Below are positions 47,734-60,995 of a stretch of 64,000 bases of DNA, piece after piece. The notes beneath the pieces were generated by a model. It was not told where the DNA came from. It saw only the letters and a program-made list of their open reading frames with translations, and did no database searches. The number at the start of each line of letters is the position of its first letter. Positions within the stretch are counted from its first letter, which is position 1. Made by a program: the position numbers and the translations under genes. Source of the DNA: Orbicella franksi (lineage: Eukaryota); assembly GCA_964199315.1 (NCBI GenBank), contig OZ116704.1, positions 8,618,001-8,682,000 of the forward strand. The letters are read 5' to 3'.

Positions 47734-50700
47734 CTTTGTCTACAGCTGCGCCAGGGCGGGTGTCGTTCCGCAAAATTCATCCAGTTGACATAACGAACGT
47801 ATTTCGAACGTTTTCGTGCTCTAGCTTGTACGTTCTAAACCCACTGCGTTGACTCGTTGAAACCTAAATGCTAGACTGGTTTTTTGTTGTACGACGCTAA
47901 TTTGGCTTAACTAATAAAAACCAACTTTTCAATAGTTACTCTTGGCAACAATTGTTCGCGATTACATCAAATCGCGAGAGAACAAAAGATAAGGTCCCAT
48001 AAGGTTTGGCGCGTCTTGTGTTGTCTAACTCTGTTAGTTTGACGCTTTAGGCTTAATTTGTTTGTTACAAACATTTGAGTAAGAAAGATTGCTTTCGATT
48101 GGTTGCAAGGAACGAATGTAAACACAAACATCAACACATCAAATTACTAAAATGCATCTGTTAATACAGGATGTGCTTACAAACGGTAAAGCAAAAATAC
48201 AATGATACACTGTACGATCAGGTCAAGTCATTGTGCCGTTTTTTTCGAGATCAAATTCGTTTTGTGATCATAGGCACGTTAATTTCGAGTATACAAACAA
48301 AGAAACGAAAAACTCCTGTTTAGGGAAAGGACTCTTTTTTTCACACAAGTAACTACAAGGTTTAAACAAGCTATCAGAGCTGTTAGAAACAGCCTCTCTC
48401 CTGCCATGTTTGAGCAAAGCAGTTACAATAGAGGTTCCATAACTATCTTTTCCTCTTTCCTGTTTCCTTATTAATTTATTTAGTTATTTAATTGTTATTT
48501 TTTTGTCTTGAGCTCTTCAACCCAGATAAGTATAGGTAATCAAATGATTTTGTGTGCAATTTGTAAAAAACACGCACAACAAGTGAATTTTTCAGACTTA
48601 AAAAACATTGCCAGTGCGAGTGCAATTTGTAGTCTTTCTGAAAAAAATACGAGTGCTTATATATTCCTAATAATATACCTGCAAAAATTTCAGCATGCTG
48701 ATTGGGTGAGAGCACGTCAATTAATTCCAAACAGTGTAGATAGTTAAAAATTTAGTGCTAAAAGTTGAAATTGAATGCAGAAAGCTGAAATTTAATTCAA
48801 CTTTCTGTTTGCAGCATGCTAAAAATGTTCGTGTGTATTTTATTATGTGGCAAATAAAAGGTTGGTTGTTAAAAAAGAATGTACATATCTGTCTGTCTTG
48901 AAGCTTCTTTAGTCTTCTTTGGTTTCAATAGTTTTCTAACGATGTCATCTCTGATCAGCTTTATAACCAAGTCTTATTGTTTGATCTTTGATCTTCCACC
49001 ACCTAAATTTTTTTTTGCTATCTTTTGTGTATTAAACGTAAAAATAGGAATGCTTATGGTAATACTGGGCCGTGTGTTTAGTCGAAATCCATGTCATTTT
49101 TTACGAAACGAAAAAAGCTTCTAATAAATAAGAAACGACAGAAATCTGGGAGCGCAACGCAGATCTGAGTAGGAGTTGAATTTTGCAATTTACACGGCAA
49201 ATCTCTTTGCGAATACGAAAAGACCTATAACTGAATGTTACCACATTTAGTATGTGGTATCGCGGAGGATCGAAAGAGAATAGTAAACTTAGCCTGACAG
49301 GGGCTGTTGTAAATATTACTCGAGATCAAACAATCACTGGTCCAATGACAGGCTTTTTAATTAGAAAGGACGTTCAGGTGACTTAAATTCTCGTTTATGC
49401 ATTTGTTTTAATTTCGTATTTTTGTTCACCTTTACTAGACACTCGTAGTGCTACAAATCTGCAAATTTGATGAGTTCCATTTACTGACCGACCATAATAA
49501 CATACAGCACCTATTGCCATCAAAAGAGGGAAAATTATTTTTTTGTCTGGTTTTAAGATATCCAAAATTGTACTGAATTTATCTTTACCGTTAATGTCTA
49601 CAAAAACAGGAAGCGCGCTTGTCGCTGACTATTTTAATATCTGCGGAAATGTAGAAAGATGTTTTTTGAAAAATTGTTTCTTGAAAAATTTCCAAGATCA
49701 ACTTTCTTTCCACAGGCCATCCGGCCACAGAAACACTCTATTGTCTTTATTATTCACCACGAAATATTTCATCAGCGACCAGGACTGAAGACTGAAAACG
49801 ACATGAATTTATTTACGGTAAGCTTGTCATTCAAATTTGTGTGAGCGTTTAAATTTCACATTGCCGAGGTGTCGTTCCTTGTAGCTCCTTGTTGTTTTAG
49901 TAATTTGCTTGTTCACGCGTACAACAGAAACAACTACGGTAAATGAGCACACAGTTAGGCCGAAAAAAGTTTGCGGGAAGATCTGAAAATTTCTTAGGGA
50001 AATAGTTTATTTAAGCTTAAGTAAGGCTACCTCATACCCCGAAGAGGCTTGTGAATTCCCACAGAGTGTTCAAAACAAGCACCATTGAGCTTCTTGATAA
50101 GAGACGGCACAATCATCACCTCCGACTGAGAAATTTTCTTTGAAGAACACTTGTTTCCTCTTCATTTGTGTGGATGTTTTCTGTCAGTTCTTTTGTCTTT
50201 TAATTCTTCTGTAAATGCGAGCAGTTTAGTTTTGGGCTAAATTTCCGCAGGTTTCAACAGCGACTTCACTTTGTCAGAGCGACATCAGTTTCCTTCGTCC
50301 TCTTTCCTTGTATGAAGAATATAACGTTCACCTCAAAAAACATTTCGAATCTTTCGTTTATCTTGATCATTTGGCTTTTTCTTTCGGAATTCAACCGGAT
50401 TTCAATAGTTTCAGAGCGGATTTTTGAGGATATCTCAGACGAAATTTCTGCCTCGTTCGCTTTCGCAAATGTTTTCATTTACGTGCTATCTGAACACTGC
50501 GTCACATGTTTTGATTTTGCCGCCTTGTTCCGTACCAATCATATGATCTGATACAAGGAATCACGTGAACAGATGCATTCAGTTTGCTTACAAACTTTCG
50601 TTAAGATTAAATCTGAGACATAACCTACTTGACTTTATAGAATTTTAATAATAATTAACGTAATGCTCTACGGAAGCAAGTTAGTGGAGTATTTTGAGGG

Positions 50701-50765
50701 ATAATTTGAATTTAACGAGTAATTTCTTAGAAATCGATTTGTAATGAAAACTATCGATAAAAAGT

Positions 50766-50802
50766 CACGACGTTTCGACCTCTCGGAGATCATTTTCAAG
50801 TG
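50766..50802 (-). ncRNA. Minimal type I hammerhead-ribozyme-like motif
   Basis: CAC-UUGAAAA-U-GAUCUC(CGA)GAGGUC-GAA-ACGU-C^GUG. Stem I CAC/GUG, core with U3:A8 covariation, 6-bp stem II, palindromic ACGU stem III, GUC cleavage triplet. Confidence 0.55.
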
Positions 50803-51185
50803 CGAGTAAAAAATACAAAATTAGCATAATTAGATTTTTAACAGCAGTCAGCTTAAGCAGTTAAAATTAATGTCACGAACGGTGAAATTTGAATTTTGTT
50901 CAAGTGATTGCATGTTTATTAGAGTGATTCCAAGTCGAATTTGGGGATAGTAATGATCGTGAAACCATATATTAGCATGGATGATTTGGGAGAGTTAAGT
51001 ATTAGTGGGCCAGATGAAATAAGGGTTCACCCCTTCTCGGGGTCCAGGTTGATGGAGGAGGAGATAACTGGCGTTTCAGGCTAATGTTGACGTATTTGCG
51101 CGATGGAAAGTGCACGCGTATATATCGTGGTCATGCGAGGTGTGTTGTGTCTTTGTTTGGCACTCGCACGTCACAACATTGTGTA
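50766..51185 (-). mobile_element. Penelope-like retroelement 3' remnant (decayed GIY-YIG C-terminus plus terminal-repeat motif)
   Basis: Frameshifted minus-strand peptides NVVTCEC..., ...IRQH, and GPLILNSPKSSMLIYGFTIITIPKFDLESL* resemble the end of PLE GIY-YIG domains (by eye). They are followed by the cttgaaaatgatc...ggtcgaaacgtc terminal motif. Confidence 0.55.
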
Positions 51186-51801
51186 ACACTTTCCACAGTG
51201 TCGGTTTTTATTTCTGAAGAAGTGCGATACTGACTGAGGCACAATTCTCCATACAAAATCTTTGCTGCTGGATATTTTTAGTTTCTCCAATGATTTATTT
51301 TTGTTTGTCGCACAACACTCGTGCAGATATCTGGGTGTTCATTCACGATAAGACATGTTCGGAAAAGGGGAAGAAATACTCAAAGAAAAAAACAGGGGAG
51401 GAGGGAGAAGGTGAGAGTAAAGTAGTAGGTAAATACCCAAACAAACAGATCCCCCCCCCGGGCCGCACCCACAAGAGACACATAAACGTCCATGATGAAC
51501 AATATCACTCCAAATTATACTTGTCATTTTTTTTTGACTAGCTCACAGCTCTTCTCCAAAAAGTACCGTAGTCGCCAGTCAAATAGTTCTACGTACCTAC
51601 CCGTCAAGCCGTTTTTCTTTAAGTAGCCCAACTCCCCCTTTTTGAAATCAGGTACGATGTAGAAAACTGTTATCAGTCTTGATTCCATACTAGTTTGTAT
51701 AACAAACCTAATCAGGGAAGAATGGGTTCAGGGGTGGGAGGAAGGGGGTTGGGGGGGGGGGGGGGAAGGGAACGTGTAAAAATTTAAGGATGGGACTTTT
51801 A

Positions 51802-52085
51802 TTATATGGCTAGCTTTGTGGGCGGACAAGATGAATGAAATCCTGCGCTGTGATTGGCTACCCGAGAGGCTAAGATGACGCTATCTTGCTCGCCCGGGAT
51901 TACCCGCTGTGTCCCGCAAGAAAATAGTGTTCCTTTTCTATGTAATGAATCCTTTATTGACCAAGCTTTTTCGGTCAAGACGGCTGGATATTGGCAAGTT
52001 CTTGTTTTGCTTGTTTATGGACCTCAACTCCGTCTCACTCGATAAACACGCAAGAACCGAACTAGCTTGGTCAATAACTCATATT
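51802..52085. repeat. Interspersed repeat just downstream of the LRR gene stop
   Basis: tatatggctagc...ctgtgattggctacccgag...caagatg...atcttgc...gggattacccgc...gaccaagctt...agcttggtcaataac. Resembles a very abundant coral repeat, from memory. Confidence 0.6.
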
Positions 52086-52142
52086 TACTGCTTCATGTTA
52101 TAAGTTCTGCTATGCCGTCTAAAGAAGAGTTTAATTATATTT

Positions 52143-53525
52143 TTAATCGTCTTCTTCGTCAATGCTGCGACACTGATGATAAGTGAGTCTGTTCCTTTTT
52201 AAATAATCATCTAGCACGTTCATGGGATTCTCAGGTTTGACAAAATGATAAAAATCACCGCTAGCGGTGGACAATTCCAGAAGATTAAATCGTGGTTTAC
52301 GAATCTTCAATCTGAAGTATAATTCTCTAATGTCACTGTTTACTTCTACTTCTGCCATGCGCACCTCTTCCACTGCGCTTCCGGAATTTTTCAACAGCGA
52401 CCGCAGAAGCGCGCATGCGCCTTCTACAGTGACGAGATTGTAACCGATCTTGACAACTTTCAGAGTTTCATTCAGTTCCAGACTTCTGGCAATCTTTTCC
52501 ATTCCCCGGTCAGTGATGCGGTTGTTGTTCAAGTTAAGCTCAAGAATCTTGCCATTGTTTTCCAACGATTCTGCCACACATCTAGCACCTTCGTGGCCAA
52601 TTTCGTTCCAACACAAATCCAACTTTTCCAACGTTCTATTCTCCTTTAAACCCGTGCAAATTTGTTTCACTCCTTCGTCTCCCAAACGGTTCCAGCCGAG
52701 ATTCAACTCTCGCAGTGAAGTGTTGTTTCCGATCATTTCGCCGAGGTACTCTCCACCCGTAATTCCGAAAGAATTGTGACTTAAGTCTAGAACAGAAAGC
52801 GAATCCTCAGTTTGTAAAACGTTGCTAAAGAATTGAATGTCGTCATCGGACAAGCGGTTGCGCGACAAATCAATCCTGACCAAACTATCGCTTACAGTAA
52901 GCATGTTTCCAAGTGCCTCAGCGCCATCTTTGCCAATTTTATTCTCGGATAGGTTCACATCATTTATAAGACTGTTAACCTCGAGTAACTTAGCCACGGC
53001 GGCAGCCCCCTTGTCTTGAATGTTGTTGAGTGACAGATCTAGTCGCGTGACCGACTTGTTTCGCGCCAAAGCGTCGGCGACCGCAACAGCACCCGTGGGA
53101 CCAATCCCAAGATTCCTCATGATCAATTCCGTATCTGCCGATGCCATTCTGTCGAGAAAGTACGTCATGGCGAGGGGCGGAATGCCAACATGTTCGCAGC
53201 TTTTTAAGAACGATTCCCTGAGAGACAAATCGTGTATTTGACAAGCATCTTGAACCTCTTGGTGTCTGTCCTTTCTATCTAGACGATGGATGGTCTTGCC
53301 CGTCTTTAACGTCGCGTTTTCCACGATCACATCGTCCGATTTCAAATCTTCATCGTAGGTGTCCAATATTCGGTTGAGATTAATCAACAAATTCGTCTCG
53401 GATACTGCCCGGCTCTGTGGAAAAACATAAATTTCTTCAGTCCAGCGTTTTGACTTTCTCCCAATTTTTATCCGCGGAAAAATGCTAAAAAACGGATGTT
53501 TGTTTTTCGCTCGCGACGAACGCAT
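52143..53525 (-). CDS. LRRC74: Ribonuclease-inhibitor-type LRR protein, LRRC74-like, 460 aa, intron-less CDS
   Basis: About ten 28-residue RI-type LRRs (LDLSxNxIxxxGA). N-cap FLKSCEHVGIPPLAMTYF...LIMRNLGIGPTGAVAVADAL resembles, from memory, human LRRC74A YLEACKLMGVVPVSYF...HHGLGPRGTKAIAIAL. Ends at NPMNVLDDYLKRNRL...RSIDEEDD. Confidence 0.8.
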   Translation of the reverse strand: MRSSRAKNKHPFFSIFPRIKIGRKSKRWTEEIYVFPQSRAVSETNLLINLNRILDTYDEDLKSDDVIVENATLKTGKTIHRLDRKDRHQEVQDACQIHDLSLRESFLKSCEHVGIPPLAMTYFLDRMASADTELIMRNLGIGPTGAVAVADALARNKSVTRLDLSLNNIQDKGAAAVAKLLEVNSLINDVNLSENKIGKDGAEALGNMLTVSDSLVRIDLSRNRLSDDDIQFFSNVLQTEDSLSVLDLSHNSFGITGGEYLGEMIGNNTSLRELNLGWNRLGDEGVKQICTGLKENRTLEKLDLCWNEIGHEGARCVAESLENNGKILELNLNNNRITDRGMEKIARSLELNETLKVVKIGYNLVTVEGACALLRSLLKNSGSAVEEVRMAEVEVNSDIRELYFRLKIRKPRFNLLELSTASGDFYHFVKPENPMNVLDDYLKRNRLTYHQCRSIDEEDD

Positions 53526-54689
53526 TGCTGTCGATATCTCAAAAACGTCTGTACGAAGGTTTTTAAAGATTTCCTCGACACCAAATGCAGAAATACTGTC
53601 GATAAAATCCCTCCAGAATCCTCTACGATTTGAAGTCAGTTTATCCCCATGTTCGATTTTAGAAAGACGAATAAATCAGCTGATAACTTGATAATGTTCT
53701 GGAGTGTGAAAGGTGAGCTAATCACTGTTTCACAATCCTCGCGAAATTCGAGAAGCGGGAATGTAAAAGAAGGGCAAAAGGCCGAGTACTTCAAACTGTC
53801 AAAAAACACGGTTGTCACGTCTTAGAGCCGTGAACGTAGCTAGGATAATGAACGATGCTTTCTCCAAACAGAATTACGAACGTTGAACGAAAAAGCAGAT
53901 GTTTTTTTCTCCTTATGAATAGTGAAATGGTTCTTAGTTTAAATAAGCTGGTTTCTCGAGCAAATAATTACTGAAAAACCCTGCTCTCGTATTGGAGCAA
54001 CGAAAACTTGTTAATTTTAGTTCCGATGCAATAGTTTTTTAAATACGTGTCTTGATGAAAACAAGCTTGCCCCAAATTTCACCTGGTAGAATAGATTACC
54101 TTAGAAAATTTTTGTCAATACTACAAACGAATGTACCGAAATGCACCTCGAATGATAAACAGAAAAATCATTAATTAAAGACCAAAGTAACTGTACGGCA
54201 GGTAAATGGACGGCTAACTTTTAAATAGAGAAAAAAGACAAAAGGGCCGTCATTTCATTTTGTACTCTGACGCTCTGGTTCTGACGAAAACATCTTTCAT
54301 TTCTTTGACATAATTACCCGCTGTAACCTCTAGACAGACACATGGAAATTAAGCTACAATTTAATTTTCACTGCGTAGAGAAAAGACCACCGTGGTTGTA
54401 GATTGAATCAGCAAGTAAGTAACATACGCTTAAAAAATTGTGGCCTGACGAAAGGTGAACTCCATTGCGAACTCTTTGATACACTTTCATATACGTATAA
54501 GGAAAGAGTTTTATCTCGGCTCTTTGTGGTAAAAAAACGTTTACAGTTTAAACCTGGAGCTAAAACAGTCATTTGTAATATTCTACTTCTGCTTATTTCA
54601 ATTACATTTTGTTTCCAACTCAAAATCGAAAGCGGAGGCGAACTTGTTGTGTAAAAATAAAGTGGTTCATGGCGACAATTATGACTTAC

Positions 54690-54749
54690 CGTGCCTGATT
54701 TAGTTCCGTTGTTTCGACGTACGAATAGTTCTGTGATAATGCCAGACAT
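54690..54749 (-). other. Candidate upstream exon (MSGIITELFVRRNNGTKSGT|gtaagt), possibly a 5' exon of the LRR gene
   Basis: ATG at 54749, 20 open codons, perfect donor ACG|gtaagt at 54690/54689. No convincing phase-0 acceptor found in front of the LRR ORF. Confidence 0.25.
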
Positions 54750-57700
54750 GGCATTGAGGTGGACAAAATTCTCTCTCTGAATATTTTTGGCCTTTTAACC
54801 TCGCGTTCTCGTCTTCACCAATGGATATTTTGTAAAAGTAATCAATATCTGCTTGCTAAGCTTTTGAGCTCGAAGAAACGGTTTAAATTGCAGGACTTTC
54901 CGTTTGTATCGCTGTCACCACTTCTCAAATCCTTTGCTGCGAGGATCATGTGACGGACATGTAATTTCTCCTGGGAGTGTTGAGACTTTATAAAGCAGAT
55001 AGGTAAGGAGATTAAAGAAAATCGTCAGTTTGAGCTTCCGTTTTGCTGTACCGCTTAATTCTCAGAAACAGCCGTAAACGTCTGTGGCATTAGATAAAGG
55101 AGAATTTAATTTTGACTCTGGAAAAGAAGGGTCAAAACCAATTCTTAAACTTTTCATGCCATTGAGGTACACGACCACAGATGCTTTTGTCTTTAGATAG
55201 AATGTTTTGTCTTTACAGGATATCAGGCCAATCCAAATATTATTTCAATAAATTGATATAGATATCCTTGAGCGCGGCCAACGACCTGTTTGCTAAGTAG
55301 CGCGGTCTGCCACAACGTGTGTCCCGGGACGAGATGCGGAAAGAGATAATGAGTACCATGGGAACGGCGCGCGATCTGTAACGCGTCTCTTCGCGCATCT
55401 AATCCTAACGCACGCGAAAATTAAATTGGTCCAGTCGGCGCAGTCCCTAAGCTCTCCCTTCCCCACTCTAAAGGGGCGTTGAACCGTGAACTACGCCATC
55501 TATAGCAGCAGATGACAGTAAATTGGCTTGTTATCGATCAGTTACGCGTGGTTAGGGTTAATTGTTTGCAGCATTCCTTGTTTTAGTCAAAGTTCCTTAA
55601 AAAATCGTTTGTAAGTTGTGTACTTGGTCGCGTATTCAGAGTGGAAAAACATACTGAGCAGCTTTCTGCGCATCCCTAGCTCTACTTGCGGGCTCAGGAA
55701 ATAATGCGGTCTGTAATGATGAAAAGAACGGCGGACTGCAATAAGGTACGCGAGGATGTCGTTTGATTGATTTATTTATATTTGGGCATGCATGAATTTT
55801 TTTCGGCATTTCACTGTTAAGAAAACAAGGCTCCCCCTGCCTGCTCAGAGGTTCTCTTGCTTATATATTCAGTGAATTGCTTATATGGATGCAATATGTA
55901 AAGAGGGTTTGTGAACAAAATGTGTCTTCGCATCGAAATTTCTTGCATACCGTGGGGGAAATAAAGGGTTTGGAAACCTTCTTTAGGTTAATTTTGTCCG
56001 AAAAAAATCGATTCTCCAGGCAAACAATACACCAGCTTAACATTAGTGACGTTAAAATGTTGCTGCTTACCGGAAAAATTGGGAAAGCATATAAAGTTCG
56101 TGATTCTTTTTGTTTACACGATCGACGAAATTCCTGCCATTTTCTCAAACTTGGAGTCTGGCGCGCAGCCAAAACTCGCGCATGCTTATTGCGTTTTTCC
56201 GCTCTGAAGGTCGCGTAGCTGAACATGTTGAATTCGCCATTTGAACGAGCAATTTATATCCTTGCGCACGCAGTCGCCAAATGCTCTGATTGGCTCGATC
56301 TGAGCAAGTGCGTTCATGTTATCCTTTCTCTTTCCTGGACTCTCTCTGCCTGGATTCAACCCTTCAGAGTCCAAGGACTGGACCACGAATAATTATGTGT
56401 TTAAACAGCCAACATTGATGCGATACAAGTTGCACGAAAGTCTCTAAGCATGAAAAATAAATTAAAATACAAATAAAATAATACAGTACAGTAATCACTT
56501 TTACCTTCTTGTAATTTCTTCGTCGAGTGGCAGCCTGAAAGTGAACGAAACGTAATGCAAAAGATTAGACATGAGAAATTATAGAAAATGGGAAATTATT
56601 GTGGGAAGTTCTCGCTATAAATCTTCGCTAGTACTTCATCTGACGATCCAAACGTGCGAAAATCGCGCAACTAAAGTAGTTGGCAAGGTCTGGGGGCTGG
56701 GATTTGGGGTCGTTTTCTTGTGCTATATTACGTTTGCTTTATTATTTTCTTCAATAAATTCCAGATAACATAACAACAAGTAAGAATCGCACCACTGAGA
56801 CACCAGCGAGCCAATTCTTCTTGTTTGTCATTACTGAGGTTAGTGTTTGCAACTGGTTGTTTCTAGGAGATTTGATCCTAAATTACAGGCATAGAATTTT
56901 GCCACTTCATTAAAAATTTCTTGCCGAAATATTTATTGCTTCTACTCCGTCCGTGGCTAGCCATAAATTAATTTGGGGAAATAAATCTTGATGAATTGAC
57001 ACGTACATTACAGGAAATCAAAACTTTAGTGCACCCTTTAAATAATATTTCAATTAAGGTTGAAGAAAGTGAAAGCACTTTAGATCCATTATGAGCCAGG
57101 ATTGGTCACTTGATGGTTACCATCAACTCGACCGTCTTCATAAACAAATAATTCCAACTTTTTATCATTAAAAATGTATAATTTAACAACCAACTTTCCT
57201 CTCCTGTCAATAACACCGTTTTCTTTATTTAAACCTTGCTTAGGGAATTTTTCAATTTACCTTCAGCCTCGAAAACCAGTATCGAGTTAAATATTGCTTA
57301 GGGTAGAATTTCCGATTTTTGTACATTGATTTGTTTTTTGTTGTATTCATGAAAGCCATTGACGACATCTTTGAGTATTCATCAGTTAAATAATACATAA
57401 ATATGTTTCATTTTGACTTTGCAATTCAGTCAAAAAATAAAGCAACAAAATATAAAACTTCCCCTCGAGATCCTCAAAACTGGGAGTAAAATGTAAAAGT
57501 CAGATTGCACTTGTTAAGTTGTCTTTGATGTAATGTAGATCATCAAAATATTGAACTCGAAAATCCTTGATCTTTAAGTAAGGAGACACAAGTGTAAAAA
57601 AATTCATACTCAGAACTCAGGACAAGAAGGAAGAACTCATAAAAAGACACCAAAAATATCATACAAAAAAATATAATAAAAAAATCCAAAATTTACATAG

Positions 57701-60495
57701 GAAAAAATCCTCTTACCCTCAATAGTTTTAACCAGCGTTCTCTCGCTTCCGTCATGTAGGTTTCCAAAACGATAAATAAAATTACCTTTCTTGTTCTCCC
57801 TGTGATATTAATAGCGGGATGAAAAGTTCTGCTTATTCCAGTTAGGACGTGAACGCTGAGAGATCCTTAAAAGGGAGATTTATCGTAATTGCTTTTCTAG
57901 AAAACCGCGCAAACCTCTTTCGTCTTATGTTTCGCGATGTTTCCACGCAACGACTTAAAAGAGAAATCTTCATTTATCATCAATTGACCAAATTGCACTT
58001 TCAAAGCAAACACTGTAAAGAAGCACTTTGATGCGATTCGCTTTTTCACACAAATTCATTGTTTTTCTATGGCCGCTTCAAACAATCAGAGATTACTAAA
58101 CGATTCTTGCCGAATCAGAAATGAATGTTGAACAAATACTGCAGCTTAGCATTCGGAACCGAGTAATTTAGAGTGTTAACACGAGAAAAAGATTGCTTTG
58201 AGAATAATTTTAAACCGCAAAAGTAAACTTTAAATGAAACCTGTCAAATCAAACTTCCCATGTGCGTAAACATTATGCGGCAAAAACCTGTCAGTGTATC
58301 ATATCTTTCCATACATCTTCATTTAATTTTCAAGGATGATCAAAATCTTATTTCTCTTTACAATATGAATACTTACTTCAGGAGATATGTGAGGAGAATA
58401 AAGAAAATCATTAATTATGAGATATTTTCTTGATTTATCACCAAATTCTCAGAGCCATCATTAAACAAAAAGTACGGCAGACAGTAAGGGGAACGTAGTT
58501 TTTCAATAATGCCAGGAACTTTCTCCTGCTCTTGGCGTGTCTATTTTCGCGAGAACGGAGGTTTTATTTACGCTTTCAGTCAAAAGAAGGCGGCTTAGGT
58601 GAGGCAAACCACTGATATATAGCCTCCAGCTCCAAGACGAGTGAGTACGTTCAGGCGAGAAAACTTATAGGGAGTAGGATTAGTTTAGGAAAAGGAAAAC
58701 TTCATGTTTCCTGTTTCACAAAAGGCTAAACGGCAGTAATTGCATCTCGACACAAATGTGACACTGTCAGTGGCCAATTTTACGGGCCGTATTTTGAGGT
58801 AGGGCAGCTGAACTTTAACTGTGTCCTTCATCTTCCTTGTCCGTACTTTACGGTACAAATCCTCGGGGTTTTTTGATCGATTTATGGCTCATGTAGTCGG
58901 GTCGTTAATTGCCCAGAAAATTGGTCTTTTTTACTATACCAACCTGAAGCTCGATTCCGGCAGAAATAAAAGGTTTTACACGGGTCCTTGAGTCTCGGTT
59001 ATCTTCACGAGAAAAAGTAAGATAGTTCGATTTATTGTATTTCTGTTTTTAGCACTCTTTCTGTCCAGGTTATTTCCTCGTTGTTCTTCTGTAACAAGAC
59101 TCGCGATTATCAACTTTATTTCGACCAATGAAATCAAACAGCCCTGTTAACGTTAATCATTTATATCGACAGGTGCCGCACGAACGGGCCAAATAATTCT
59201 TTATATCAACTCCATGCCTGTCACAATATTTTGTTTTTCGAAGCTGTTTCTATCCTGTAGATCTTGAAAAGACATGGAAGATTTGACAGTTGGTCAATCG
59301 CAGTTTAGACTGTGTATTGCCACGTCCAAAAATGTACACAATTTCTTTCTTGTTTTTCTAAGACGAGCAAATGAACTTACTGATAATAAATACATATTCA
59401 ATAGTTTATTCGTAGTAGAACCAAGAGAACTCATCGTTTTGGAAATTTCGTCCTGATATTTATACGTTATTTTATTCTGTGCTCGCATTCGCTAAACTTT
59501 TCGACCAGATATCACTGGAAATGACTTCGAAATCGAGAAAACTTACAGCTAACTGAATGAAAATATACGACAGAAAATTAAAAGAAAAAACGAATAATAC
59601 ACATTTAGCCGCCGTTCACTTTCCCATCATATGTCAATATTTGATCCAATTTTCATTTTAGATATATTTTTTGTAATTCTCGTGTTTTTACAATCGGGCG
59701 ATAATTTGCCGGGATGTATGCCGAGCGTTACTGAAAACAAATATCACCATGCGGGATACTGAATTTATGCATTTATACTATGAAGCAAATCGCATTATAT
59801 CTGGCATTTTACAACCACATGTACCATTTAAATTTCATTCCTAGCAATAGAAAGATTAAGCGATTTGTACCTACCCAGTGAACGATTCAGAAAATTCGCC
59901 CAATTCTAGTTTCAGGATCGTTTTCGAACTAGTTTTGTTTCGATATAGAGTTTCAAGACTTTGTATTATGTTATTGAATGAAATTGACTACCGGGCGTGA
60001 GGCAACGGTTTCCAAGGCCATCAGACATAAACCATTTGTTTCACATAGATTCGTAAAAACAGTAAAAAACGTTATCGAATACCATTAACTCCTTGCTAAT
60101 AATTTCTAGGTCCATAACGAAGGAAATATACTCACTTTTGCCTGCTCCTTCATTTTCCCAGTAAATAAGTGGAATCTATACCACGGGGAAATAACGCTGT
60201 TATTGTATACACAGGCAGCTGACAGAGTTTTAATGGTTTTCTGTTAGCTGTGTTATTTGCATAGCATTCATGCGAAATAAATTATTTATTTCTGGTAATG
60301 ATCGACACTAATTCTGTAGCATAGAAAGCAACTAGTTGTTAGTGTAAGCTTTCGAACTAATAGTGATTTCTAATTTTTAATTTTATGGAAAGCGTAAGGC
60401 GAGAAAAAATGCGACAGAAAAAAAGATCGCGCACACACTGGAGACAACAGAGAACGAGGGTATCTTGCATGTGTAAAGATGCTTAGAGAGAGTAA

Positions 60496-60889
60496 GGCTG
60501 TGTTCACACCTGGTGCCCGACACTGGTGTAGCAGCTCTCGTAAGGTCTCACATGAATGGCTCGCTACCCTTTGACAGAACAACAATGGCCTCTAGCCCCC
60601 CAAAAATAACAGCTGCTGCAATGACAACAAATAGAATGACAAGCCTATGAGCTGAGCTGAGCTGCTACACTTCCGGGTGTCTGGGCATTGGCACAAAATA
60701 GTGTTCGGCGTTCAGACACTGGGTTTTCCAAAGACCCAAGTACCATTTAGTGTCCGATTGCAAGATCGAGACCCTGTACCCTGGCACGGGCACTGTGCCC
60801 GAATTCTGGTGTGAGTACTTGGAAAAAAAGGTGTGTTCACATTATTACCCTGCGAGAACCGTACTCGAGCACTAAGTGTGAACGTGTCC
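60496..60889. mobile_element. Old PIF/Harbinger-type MITE
   Basis: TAA|ggctgtgttcacacctggtgcccg and cgagcactaagtgtgaacgtgtcc imperfect TIRs. Right TSD not preserved. Confidence 0.5.
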
Positions 60890-60995
60890 ACAGTAAGTAG
60901 CAAAAATGTTTCTTTTTGAAACCTAATAACTCTAGAAGCTCGGCCAAACATGATATGCGTAGTATGAATCAGTAAACTGCTGCTTCAGTGCAAGG

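Noticed and set aside
51727-51770. G-rich tracts with G-quadruplex potential (also 13077-13095, 1796-1822)
   Set aside because: Homopolymer runs within or beside repeats; no evidence of function.
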